DNA from: Pristiophorus japonicus
Taxonomy: Eukaryota
Direction of reading: 5' to 3'
NCBI RefSeq assembly: GCF_044704955.1
Contig: NC_091991.1
Span: 140,616,001 to 140,680,000, forward strand
DNA: 64,000 nt
Position numbers and translations under genes: made by a program. The notes below the pieces were generated by a model, which ran no database searches, had not been told where the DNA came from, and saw only the letters and a program-made list of their open reading frames with translations. Shown here one piece after another: positions 41,417 through 53,400 of this stretch (position 1 is the first letter of the stretch; every line of letters starts with the position of its first letter).

Positions 41417-44400
41417 TTATCGGACAGCAATTTTGCAGCCCACTGATTATCTCACCGGTGTTATTTTGATAGAACAATGCTGATCACGTACAGCTGTGAA
41501 ACAGAGCTTCTGACTTCTAATACCTATGAGACAGAGTTGGAAAAACAATTTCCTTGTGTTCATTTTTAAAAATAAAGTTGAATTTTAAGAGCAAACAAAG
41601 CCTCTGAGGGAAACAGGAAGGGAAAAGGGAAGCTGGTGATTAGAGTAGCAGTGAAGCAAGAGGGATCGGATAACACCAGGGCTGAGTCAATGGAAAGAGA
41701 TCGATAGTGATGAATGGGAGGTTAGAAGGAGTGGGTGAAGCACAAGTGATTGGGAGAAGGGAATTGTTGAGGGTCACATTTTCCCTGCCGCCCCAACCCC
41801 AAATGCAGCCTATAGCCATTAGCGACTCCTTTGCATGCCACAACAAATCATACCATCCTAAAAGAAAAGAACATATACAGACACGAGAAAAGAGAGTGTA
41901 AAGGGGAGAGAAGCTAGAGAGGGGAAGAGAGTTTGAGAGAAAGAGAGAAGAGGTGAGAAACAGCAACAAAAACAGAGACGACAAGAGAATAAGGATATTC
42001 TCTGACTTACCATGTGCAATTAGTATTAAAATCTTGCATCTGTGCATAACTCTGGTCAATTTTTTACATTATAAATTCTCACATCCTCATTGATCATGGA
42101 AACTGCCCATGTAAACTTATCATTCAATAACTGCACACTCCATCTAGTGCTAGCACATCAGCACTACCACTGGCAGGAGGGTATAATTACTGCGTGACAA
42201 ATTTACAGTTTCCATTACAAATATAGACATAGGAATTTATAATGGAAATATAGACTCAAGGACATAATGATTTTAAAATTTGAACTGAATTACATCTGTG
42301 CACCCAGACATGATCCCCCTGCGCTCTATCCCCACTTCATCCAAAGGCTATACCTGGTGATGATTCTGCATGTGTAACGCAAAAAAATATCGATTTAGTA
42401 TGAATATCTTCAAAATTTTGCATCTGCACGCACTTCCCATCAACTTTCCAATATAAATATCTGTGCCCACATTTTTTGTGGAAACTGCCTATATAAACTG
42501 GTCATGTAATTACACTCCATCCCCACAGAAAAATCAATTGCATTGAATCTGGTCTCCAAAAGCCTTCAGGACCGATTGACTGATTCCCTGTCTTTTAAGA
42601 CTATACCCAGAGTTCTCATACATGACCAATCTACAGCATTTATTCAAGATCAGTTTTGGTAAAATGTTAAAGCGTCGATCAGCAAAGCCTTTATTTTTCC
42701 AGATATTACATTTTAATAATTGTACCTCTTCAAATTTTAAAGAACAAATGTTCAAAGCACAAACATTCCAACCACATACCACACAATCATCCCTCAAATT
42801 AATACTCCCAACTGTATTGGCACTAGTTTACTGGGAACAAAGTACATCATTAAACCCATTTTGATCTCAGTACCTATTTTGACATCATTACCCATTTCAA
42901 AAACAGTTTATAGATGCTACTGTATAATACGGAGAGAATACATTCTAAAGATCTGCAGGACTGTGATTTATATTTCACTCGTGGTACTGGCCATAACTCA
43001 TTTGCGGCTTCCCTCATGACAATCCCACAGATCAGGTCTTCCCTCAACACTTCTAAAGTTTTCAACAGCAACCAAAACATCTCAATTCATATTGATGGGT
43101 TTAATTTTCACACTTTCTATTTATTTGCACATTTGGTTTACACAGCTTCCAGCCTTAGGAAATGTTCCGACTGATTCTTCATTATTTCCATTGCGGAATG
43201 AAGTTCTTTAAGCTATTATAGCATTGCTAGAACACAGAATAATTACAGACCCAACAGCCCAAGACCATTTACTGCTGTATCAATTCCAGCCAGGCAGTAA
43301 CATTCATACAAAAGCAGAATACTGCAGGTGCTGGAAATCAGAAAATGCTAGAAATACTCAGCAGGTCAAGCAGCATTTGTGGAGAAACAGAGTTAGCGGC
43401 CCTGAAATTGCAGCCTCCGAAGGTATACTCAGTAAGAAGAAAGCTGCGGATTGCAGGAAGATATTAATCAACTGGTCAGGTGGGTAAAACAGTGGCAAAT
43501 GGAATTTAATCTGGAGAAGTGTGAGGTAATGCATTTGGGGAAGGCTAACAAGGAAAGGGAATACACATTAAATGGTAGGACAGCGAGCAGTGTAGAGGGA
43601 CAAAGGGACCTTTGAGTGCATGTCCACATATCCCTGAAGGTAGCAGGCCAGGTGGATAAGGTGGTTAAGGTGGCATACGGAATGCTTGCCTTTATTAGCC
43701 GAGGCATAGAATATAAGAGCAGGTGGGTTATGCTTGAACTGTATAAAACACTGGTTAGGCCACAGCTAGAATACTGCAAACAGTTCTGGTCACCGCATTA
43801 CAGAAATTGCACTGGAGAGGGTACAGAGGAGATTTACGAGGATGTTGCCGGGAGTGGAGAATCTTAGCTATGAGGAGGACAGCTTGGATAGGCTGGGTTT
43901 GTTTTCCTTGGAACAGAGGAGGCTGAAGGGAGACCTCATTGAGGTGTATAAAATTGAGGGGCCTAGATATAGGGCCTATTTCCCGTAGCAGAGGGGTCAA
44001 CAGCCAGGGGACATAAATTTAAAGTAATTGGTAGAAGGTTTAGAGGGGATTTGAGGGGAAATTTCTTCACGCAGAGGGCTGTGGGGGCCTGGAACTCACT
44101 GCCTGAAAGGGTGGTAGAGGCAGAAATCCTGCAGGGTTACGGACCTAGAGCTGGAAAGTGGGATTAGGTTGAATAGCCTCTTGTTGGCCGACGTGGACAC
44201 GATGGGCCGAAATGGACTCCTTCCATGCTGTAAACTTCTATGATTCTATGCTGGCGTTATCCATTTGAAAGGCCCCGCAACTTCCTGGTTTCCGCATGTG
44301 GATTCACTCTGGAGCATCCATAATGCTGAGAATGACGTGAATAGCACGTTTAGTGAGTTGGTCTTACCACAGGTAAAGGGCCCACAGCCAGATAGGGAAT

Positions 44401-47400
44401 GGAAGACCAACAGGAAGAGCAGTGCAAGGAAGGTAGTGCAGGGGTTCCCTGCGGTCATCCCCCTGCAAAACAGATACACCACTTTGAGTACTGTTGAGGG
44501 GGATGACTCATCAGGGGGGAGCAGCAGCAACCGCCAAGTTCATGGCACCGTGGCTGGCTCTGCTGCACAGGAGGGCAGGAAAAAGAGTGGGAGAGCGATA
44601 GTGATAGGGGATTCAATTGTAAGGGGAATAGATAGGCGTTTCTGCGGCCGCAACCGAGACTCCAGGATGGTATGTTGCCTCCCTGGTGCAAGGGTCAAGG
44701 ATGTCTCGCAGCGGGTGCAGGACATTCTGAAAAGGGAGGGTGAACAGCCAGTTGTCGTGGTGCACATTGGTATCAACGATATAGGTAAAAAAAACAGGAT
44801 GAGGTCCTATGAGACGAATTTAAGGAGCTAGCAGCTAAATTAAAAAGTAGGACCTCAAAAGTAGTAATCTCGAGATTGCTACCAGTGCCACGTGCTAGTC
44901 AGAGTAGGAATCGCAGGATAGCTCAGATGAATACGTGGCTTGAGCAGTGGTGCAGCAGGGAGGGATTTAAATTCCTGGGGCATTGGAACCGGTTCTGGGG
45001 GAGGTGGGACCAGTACAAACCAGATGGTCTGCACCCAGGCAGGACCGGAACCAATGTCCTAGGAGGAGTGTTTGCTCGTGCTGTTGGGGAGGAGTTAAAC
45101 TAATATGGCAGGGGGATGGAAACCAATGCAGGGAGACAGAGGGAAACAAAATGGAGACAGAAGCAAAAGATAGAAAGGAGATGAGTAAAAGTGGAGGGCA
45201 AAGAAACCCAAGGCATAAAACAAAAAGGGCAACTTTTCAGCAAAATTCTAAAGGGTCAAAGTGTGTTAAAAAGGCAAGCCTGAAGGCTCTGTGCCTCAAT
45301 GCGAGGAGTATTCGGAATAAGGTGGAGGAATTAACTGTGCAGAAAGCAGTTAACAGATACGATGTTGTTGGTATCAGGGAGACATGGCTCCAGGGTGACC
45401 AAGGCTGGGAACTCAACATCCAAGGGTATTCAACATTTAGGAAGGATAGACAGAAAGGAAAAGGAGGCAGGGTGGCGTTGCTGGTTAAGGAGGAAATTAA
45501 TGCAATTGTAAGGAAAGACATTAGCTTGGATGATGTGGAATCGGTATGGGTGGAGCTACGGAATACCAAAGGGCAGAAAACGTTAGTGGGAGTTGTGTAC
45601 AGACCTCCAAACAGTAGTAGTGATGTTGGGGAGGGCATCAAACAGGAAATTAGGGGTGCATGCAATAAAGGTGCAGCAGTTATCATGGGTGACTTTAATA
45701 TGCATATAAATTGGGCTAACCAAACTGGAAACAATACGGTGGAGGAGGATTTCCTGGAGTGCATAAGGGATGGTTTTCTAGACCAATATGTCGAGGAACC
45801 AACTAGGGGGGAGGCCAAATTAGACTGGGTATTGTGTAATGAGAGAGGATTAATTAGCAATCTCGTTGTGCGAGGCCCCTTGGGGCAGAGTGACCATAAT
45901 ATGGTGGAATTCTACATTAGGGTGGAGAATGAAACAGTTAATTCAGAGACTATGGTCCAGAACTTAAAGAAGGGTAACTTTGAAGGTATGAGGCGTGAAT
46001 TGGCGAGGATAGATTGGCGAATGATACTTAAGGGGTTGACAGTGGATGGGCAATGGCAGAAATTTAGAGACCGCATGGATGAACCAAAACAATTGTACAG
46101 CCCTGTCTGGCGTAAAAATAAAAAAGGGAAGATGGCTCAACCGTGGCTATCAAGGGAAATCAGCTATAGTATTAAAGCCAAGGAAGTAGCATACAAATTA
46201 GCCAGAAATAGCAGCGAACCCAGGGACTGGGAGAAATTTAGAACTCAGTAGAGGAGGTCAAAGGATTTGATTAGGGCAGCGAAAAGAGAGTACGAGAGGA
46301 AGCTTGCAGGGAACATTAAAATTGACTGCAAAAGCTTCTGTAGATATGTAAAGAGAAAAAGGTTAGTAAAGGCAAACGTAGGTCCCCTGCAGTCAGAATC
46401 AGGGGAAGTCATAACTGGGAACAAAGAAATGGCAGACCAATTGAACAAGTACTTTGGTTCGGTATTCACTAAGGAGGACACAAACAACCTTCCGGATATA
46501 AAAGGGTCAGAGGGTCTAAGTAAGAAGGAGGAACTGAGGGCAATCCTTATTGGTCAGGAAATTATGTTGGGGAAATTGATGGGATTGAAGGCCGATAAAT
46601 CCCCAGGGACTGATGGTCTGCATCCCAAAGTACTTAAGGAGGTGGCCTTGGAAATAGCGGATGCATTGACAGTCATTTTCCAACATTCCATAACTGATTC
46701 CATAGACTCTGGATCAGTTCCTATGGAGTGGAGGGTAGCCAATATAACCCCACTTTTTAAAAAAGGAGGGAGAGAGAAAACAGGGAATTATGGACCGGTT
46801 AGTCTGACATTGGTACTGGGTAAAATGATGGAATCAATTATTAAGGATGTCATAGCAGCACATTTGGAAAGAGGTGACATGATAGGTCCAAGTCAGCATG
46901 GATTTGTGAAAGGGAAATCATGCTTGACAAATCTTCTGGAATTTTGTGAGGATGTTTCCAGTAGAGTAGACAAGGGAGAACCAGTTGATGTGGTGTATTT
47001 GGACTTTCAGAAGGCTTTCAACAAGGTCCCACACAAGAGATTAATGTGCAAAGTTAAAGCACATGGGATTGGGGGTAGTGTGCTGACGTGGATTGAGAAC
47101 TGGTTGTCAGACAGGAAGCAAAGAGTAGGAGTAATTGGGTATTTTTCAGAATGGCAGGCAGTGATTAGTGGGGTACCGCAAGGTTCTGTGCTGGGGCCCC
47201 AGCTGTTTACACTGTACATTAATGATTTAGACGAGGGGATTAAATGTAGTATCTCCAAATTTGCGGATGACACCAAGTTGGGTGGCAGTGTGAGGAGGAT
47301 GCTATGAGGCTGCAGAGTGACTTGGATAGGTTAGGAGAGTGGGCAAATGCATGGCAGATGAAGTATAATATGGATAAATGTGAGGTTATCCACTTTGGTG

Positions 47401-50400
47401 GTAAAAACAGAGAGACAGACTATTATCTAAATGGTGACAGATTAGGAAAAGGGGAGGTGCAACAAGACCTGGGTGTCATGGTACATCAGTCATTGAAGGT
47501 TGGCATGCAGGTACAGCAGGCGGTTAAGAAAGCAGATGGCATGTTGGCCTTCATAGCGAGGGGATTTGAGTACAGGGGCAGGGAGGTGTTACTACAGTTG
47601 TACAGGGCCTTGGTGAGGCCACACCTGGAGTATTGTGTACAGTTTTGGTCTCCTAACTTGAGGAAGGACATTCTTGCTATTGAGGGAGTGCAGCGAAGGT
47701 TCACCAGACTGATTCCCGGGATGGCAGGACTGACATATCAAGAAAGGCTGGATCAACTGGGCTTGTATTCATTGGAGTTCAGAAAAATGAGAGGGGATCT
47801 CATAGAAACGTTTCAAATTCTGACGGGTTTAAGACAGGTTAAATGCAGGAAGAATGTTCCCAATGTTGGGGAAGTCCAGAACCAGGGGTCGCAGTCTGAG
47901 GATAAGGGGTAAGCCATTTAGGACCGAGATGAGGAGAAACACAGAGAGTGGTAAACCTGTGGAATTCTCTACTATAGAAAGTTGTTGAGGCCAATTCACT
48001 AAGTATATTCAAAAAGGAGTTAGATGTAGTCCTTACTACTCGGGGGATCAAGGGGTATGACGAGAAAGCAGGAATGGGGTACTGAAGTTGCATGTTCAGC
48101 CATGAACTCATTGAATGGCAGTGCAGGCTCAAAGGGCCGATGGCCTACTCCTGCACCTATTTTCTATGTTTCTATGTCTATGTTTCTATGCGCGAAATCC
48201 GGAATTTGCCATCCATCAAGATACGCCTTGACAGATCATCCAAACGGCATGAAAAATCGGTATTGCTGGTGCAGAGTTGAGCAACTTGCCCTGCAATTTC
48301 CCCAAAACTCTTATGATGGTAAAAGCAGGCATAGGGCCTGCTTTCATCAGCGCAAGGGTATAAATAGGCATTAAATTAAACATTTAAAAATCAAAAATGA
48401 TTCTCATACACTTTAAATTAGTTTATGCAACTATTAGCCAGGATTAAAAAATTTTAAATTATTCATCAAAAATGTAATTTTTTTTTTTTTAAATTGAGGT
48501 TGATGCACTGAAGGGACATGAAGAAAATTGAAATTCAGTATATTTATATTTATTAGAATTATGTAAATTGTTTAATTATTTGGAGATTCCATTGCATATT
48601 GGCCCCCTTCTGTGCTGTAAACTTCTATGATTCTATGCCGGCGTTATCCATTTGAAACTTCCTGGTTTCCACATGCGCGAAACTTGTCATCCGTGGGGTG
48701 CCGCAGGGATCAGTGCTGGGACCCCAACTATTTACAATCTAGATTATTGACTTTGAGGAAGGGACTGAGCGTAACATAGCCAAGTTTACCGACGATACTA
48801 AGATGGGAGGAAAAGCAGAATGTGAGGAGGACACACAAAATCTGCAAAAGGACATAGACAGACTAAGTGAGTGGGCAAAAATTTAGCAGATAGAGTATGT
48901 TAGAAAATGTGAGATCATGCACTTTAGCAGAAAAAAAAAATCAAAGAGCAAGTTATTATATAAATGGAGAAAGATTGCAAGGTGCTGCAGTGCAGCGGGA
49001 CCTGGAGGTACTTGTGCATGAAACACAAAAGGTTAGTATGCAGGTACAGCAAGTGATCAGGTAAGCCAATGGAATCGTGGCCTTTATTGCAATGGGGATG
49101 GAGTAAAAAAGCAGGGAAGTCTTGCTACAGTTGTACAGGGTATTGGTGAGGCCATACCTGGAATACTGCGTGCAGTATTGGTTTCCATATTTACGAAAGG
49201 ATATGCTTGCTTTGGAGGCAGTTCAGAGAAAGTTCACAAAACTGATTCTAGAGATGAGAGGGTTGACTTGTGAGGAAAGGTTGAGTAGGTTGGGCCTCTA
49301 CTCGTTGGAATTCAGAAGAATGAGAGGTGATCTTATCGAGACGTAGAAGATTATGCGGGGGCTTGACAAGGTGAATGCAGAGAGGATGTTTCCACTGATG
49401 GGGGAGACTAGAACTCGAGGGCATAATCTTAGAATAAGGAGCCGCCCATTTAAAACTGAGATGAGGTGAAATTTCTTCTCTCAGAGGGTTATGCATCTGT
49501 GGAATTCACTGCCTCAGAGAGCTGTGAAATTTAAGACAGAATTGGAGTTTCTTGAATAGGGGGATAAGGGGTTACGGACAGCGGGCAGGGAAGTGGATCG
49601 GAGTCCATGAACGGATCAGCCATAATCGTATTAAATGGCAGAGCAGGCTCGAGTGGCCGTATGGCTTACTCCTTCTCCTATTTCTTATGTTATTAGGGGA
49701 TTCCCTTCGTAAATGATTGTAATGTAATTCTCCTTTGTGATTGGAGGACCGGGCCCATGTGAGCCCAGTGACGCTTCCGAACCAGCTGCGTCTCTGGGAT
49801 CTATGGGCCTTTACGCAGCCGTGTGCCTGGAAGCCTGAGACCGCAAGTTTTCGCAGCCTGGTCACCTGGAGGTAGGCTCGCAAAGGTTTCACAGGTCGGA
49901 GGCGTACCCCGGAGATACGCCTCCGACCGCAATTTCTAGCCCATTGTTTCAGGACCCGAAATATTAAAACCGGCTTTCCCTCCTCAGATGCTGCTTGACC
50001 TGCTGAGTATTTCCAGCATTTTCTGTTTTTATTTTAGTAACACGTTCATGCCGTCTAGCTCAAACTGCAATTCCATCACCCATGGAGAGAACTCTCTGCA
50101 TACGTGCTTAAATACATGCTCTGAGCTCCACTCACAGCAAATGAGATTTAAATATTTAGAACACGTAACCAAGAGCATCAGCACACTCCAGGTAGGTTTA
50201 AAATGTTATCAGGAAGCTCGAAGGATCTCCACATATTTAAAGTACCATTCCCTGATCCTGGAATGCAAGAGAGCTTTATATTGAAACCAGTTTGATGCTA
50301 GAGTTTCAGTTTAATTGCACACTAATGTGAAACTCTGAACTATTCTCTCAAACAAAATCCAGTGATCATTTTTGATCCACTAGCTAAACAATGGTACACA

Positions 50401-53400
50401 TTACCTTGGATTTAATAAATTCCTCAACTGCATCCACTGCCTGTTGAAAACGTTTCCCTTTGGTAATTTTTACCATTTCCTCCTTGTGAAGCTGATATGA
50501 TTTAAGTTGGTCAACTTTGATCCACGCACTGCAACAAAACAAAATCAGTCAATTTTTAGACTCACCTCCCTTGAATTGAACTTCTATGTCTTCAACGGGT
50601 GACATTTATAAAGCCTCTAAAATGGCTACCGCTCGTTGGTTTTTGCCATTAAAATCAAGCAATACATACCCAATATATGTTGTGTCTTGTTACAGTATCC
50701 AACTGTTTTCATGGCATATCCAACAATAAACTATTCTGTGCCTCATCACTTTTGTTACTGCACTGGGAATATACCTATTGAAGATGACTTTTGTGTCAAG
50801 CACAAGTAGAAAGTTTCAGGAAGGCACCTGAATTGTAACACGCATGATCAGCTAATTTAGGAAAATTGGTTTCCACCAAAAAAAGGGGTCCTAATTAAAC
50901 AGCTTCGACTGCACGGAGTTACAAAGCTACTCAAATGTCAGAAGTATTTGTAGTAACTGCACAATTAAATTGGTTCATTTCTGGCCAATTGCTTTCTCAC
51001 CCTTTACCGGATTCTCTTTACTACAAACACATTTGCTATTAATATTGCAGAGCAATTTCAACACCATATCTTAGTTCTATGTGGTTATTATTGTAAAAGT
51101 TAACAACATTGGATTAACAGTATAAGTGAAATAGTGTACACAGTTTGAAGGATGAGAGAGAACATTCTCTATCTTTCCCCTTTGTTATATTTCTCGTATC
51201 AGTTAGCAGAAGCTTCACATTTAATCTCCAACTTCTGGAGACTACAGGGAGAAGGCAAAAAAGTAGAAAGAAACAGAAAGATGACGTCACAGCCAAGGGG
51301 GTAAGTGATTGGCGAGTAGTTTTTCTTTTTTCTCTTCTATAACAGTGAGTAAACTTTAACATTGCTGTTGCCAATTTAAGTGTATCTAAGGGTTAAATCA
51401 TGGCAGGAGAGCTCGGTCACGTGATATGTTCCTCCTGTACCATGTGGGAACTCAGGGACACTTCCGGTGTCCCTGACGACTACGTGTGCAGAAAGTGTGT
51501 CCGCCTCCAGCTCCTGATGGTCCGCGTTGCGGAATTGGAGCTGAGGGTGGATTCACTCTGGAGCATCCACGATGCTGAGAATGATGTGAGTAGCACATGT
51601 AGCGAGCTGGTCTTACCACAGGTGAAGGGTCCACAGCCAGCTAGGAAATGGAAGACCAGCAGGAAGAGCAGTGCAAGGAAGGTAGTGCAGGGGTCCCCTG
51701 CGGTCATCCCCCTGCAAAACAGATACACCGTTTTGAGTACTGTTGAGGGGAAATGACTCATCAGGGGAGGGCAGCAGCAGCCAAGTTCATGGCACCGTGG
51801 ATGGCTCTGATGCACAGGAGGACAGGAAAAAGAGTGGGAGAGCGAGTGATAGGGAATTCAATTGTAAGGAGAATAGATAGGCGTTTCTGCGGCCGCAACC
51901 GAGACTCCAGGATGGTATGTTGCCTCCCTGGTGCAAGGGTCAAGGATGTCTCGCAACGGGTGCAGGACATTCTGAAAAGGGAGGGTGAACAGCCAGTTGT
52001 CGTGGTGCACATTGGTACCAACGATATAGGTAAAAAAAAGGGATGAGGTCCTACAAGACGAATTTAAGGAGCTAGGAGCTAAATTAAAATGTAGGACCTC
52101 AAAAGTAGTAATCTCAGGATTGCTACCAGTGCCACGTGCTAGTCAGAGTAGGAATCGCAGGATAGCTCAGATGAATACGTGGCTTGAGCAGTGGTGCAGC
52201 AGGGAGGGATTCAAATTCCTGGGGCATTGGAACCGGTTCTGGGAGAGATGGGACCAGTACAAACCTGACGGTCTGCACCTGGGCAGGACCGGAACCAATG
52301 TCCTAGGGGGAGTGTTTGCTAGTGCTGTTGGGGAGGAGTTAAACGAATATGGCAGGGGGATGGGAACCAATGCAGGGAGACAGAGGGAAACAAAAAGGAG
52401 ACAAAAGCAAAAGACAGAAAGGAGATGAGTAAAAGTGGAGGGCAGAGAAACATAATAAGAACATAAGAACATAAGAATTAGGAACAGGAGTAGGCCATCT
52501 AGCCCCTCGAGCCTGCTCCGCCATTCAATAAGATCATGGCTGATCTGGTCGTGGACTCAGCCCTAGTTCTAGTCTCCCCCACCAATGGAAACAACCTCTC
52601 TGCCTCTATCTTGTCTATCCCTTTCATGATTTTAAATGTTTCTATAAGATCACCCCTCATCCTTCTGAACTCCAAGGAGTAAAGACCTAGTCTACTCAAT
52701 CTATCATCATAAGTTAACCCCCTCATTTCTCGAATCAGCCTAGTGAATCGTCTCTGCACCCCTTCCAAAGCTAGTATATCCTTCCTTAAGTAAGGTGACC
52801 AAAACTGCACGCAGTACTCCAGGTGCGGCCTTACCAATACCTTATACAGTTGCAGCAACACCTCCCTGCTTTTGTACTCCATCCCTTTCGCAATGAAGGC
52901 CAACATTCCATTTGCCTTCCTGATTACCTGCTGCACCTACAAACTAACCTTTTGGGATTCATGCACAAGGACCCCCAGGTCCCTCTGCACCACAGCATGT
53001 TGTAATTTCTCCCTATTCAAATAATATTCCCTTTTACTGTTTTTTTTCCCCCAAGGTGGATGACCTCACACTTTCCGACATTGTATTCCATCTGCCAAAC
53101 CTTAGCCCATTCGCTTAACCTATCCAAATCTCCTTGTAGCCTCTCTGAGTTCTCTACACAACCCGCTTTCCCACTAATCTTAGTGTCATCTGCAAATTTT
53201 GTTGCACTACACTCTGTCCCCTCCTCTAGGTCATCTATGTATATTGTAAACAGTTGTGGTCCCAGCACCGATCCCTGTGGCACACCACTAACCACTGATT
53301 TCCAACCGGAAAAGGACCCATTTATCCCGACTCTCTGCTTTCTGTTCGCCAGCCAATTCTCTATCCATGCTAATACATTTCCTCTGACTCCGCGTACCTT

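Larger units (their letters stand above)
43398..49942. mobile_element. Non-autonomous DNA transposon/MITE (PIF-Harbinger-like TIRs), itself interrupted by CR1s
   Basis: GGCCCTGAAATTGC at 43398 versus the reverse complement of GCAATTTCTAGCCC at 49929-49942 (11/14); internal non-CR1 segments at 44251-44299, 48191-48600 and 49695-49942. Confidence 0.55.
43310..50035. mobile_element. Split palindromic non-autonomous element (arms 43339-43379 and 49985-50025) hosting nested insertions
   Basis: The arms are reverse complements at 39/41 nt; resembles short palindromic, possibly Penelope-derived, shark repeats (family name is inference). Confidence 0.7.

Noticed and set aside
45237-45860. 207-aa antisense ORF (and similar ones such as 53060-53668 and 27173-27406)
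   Set aside because: Shadow ORFs on the opposite strand of CR1 ORF2; they recur in every copy and show no independent coding signal
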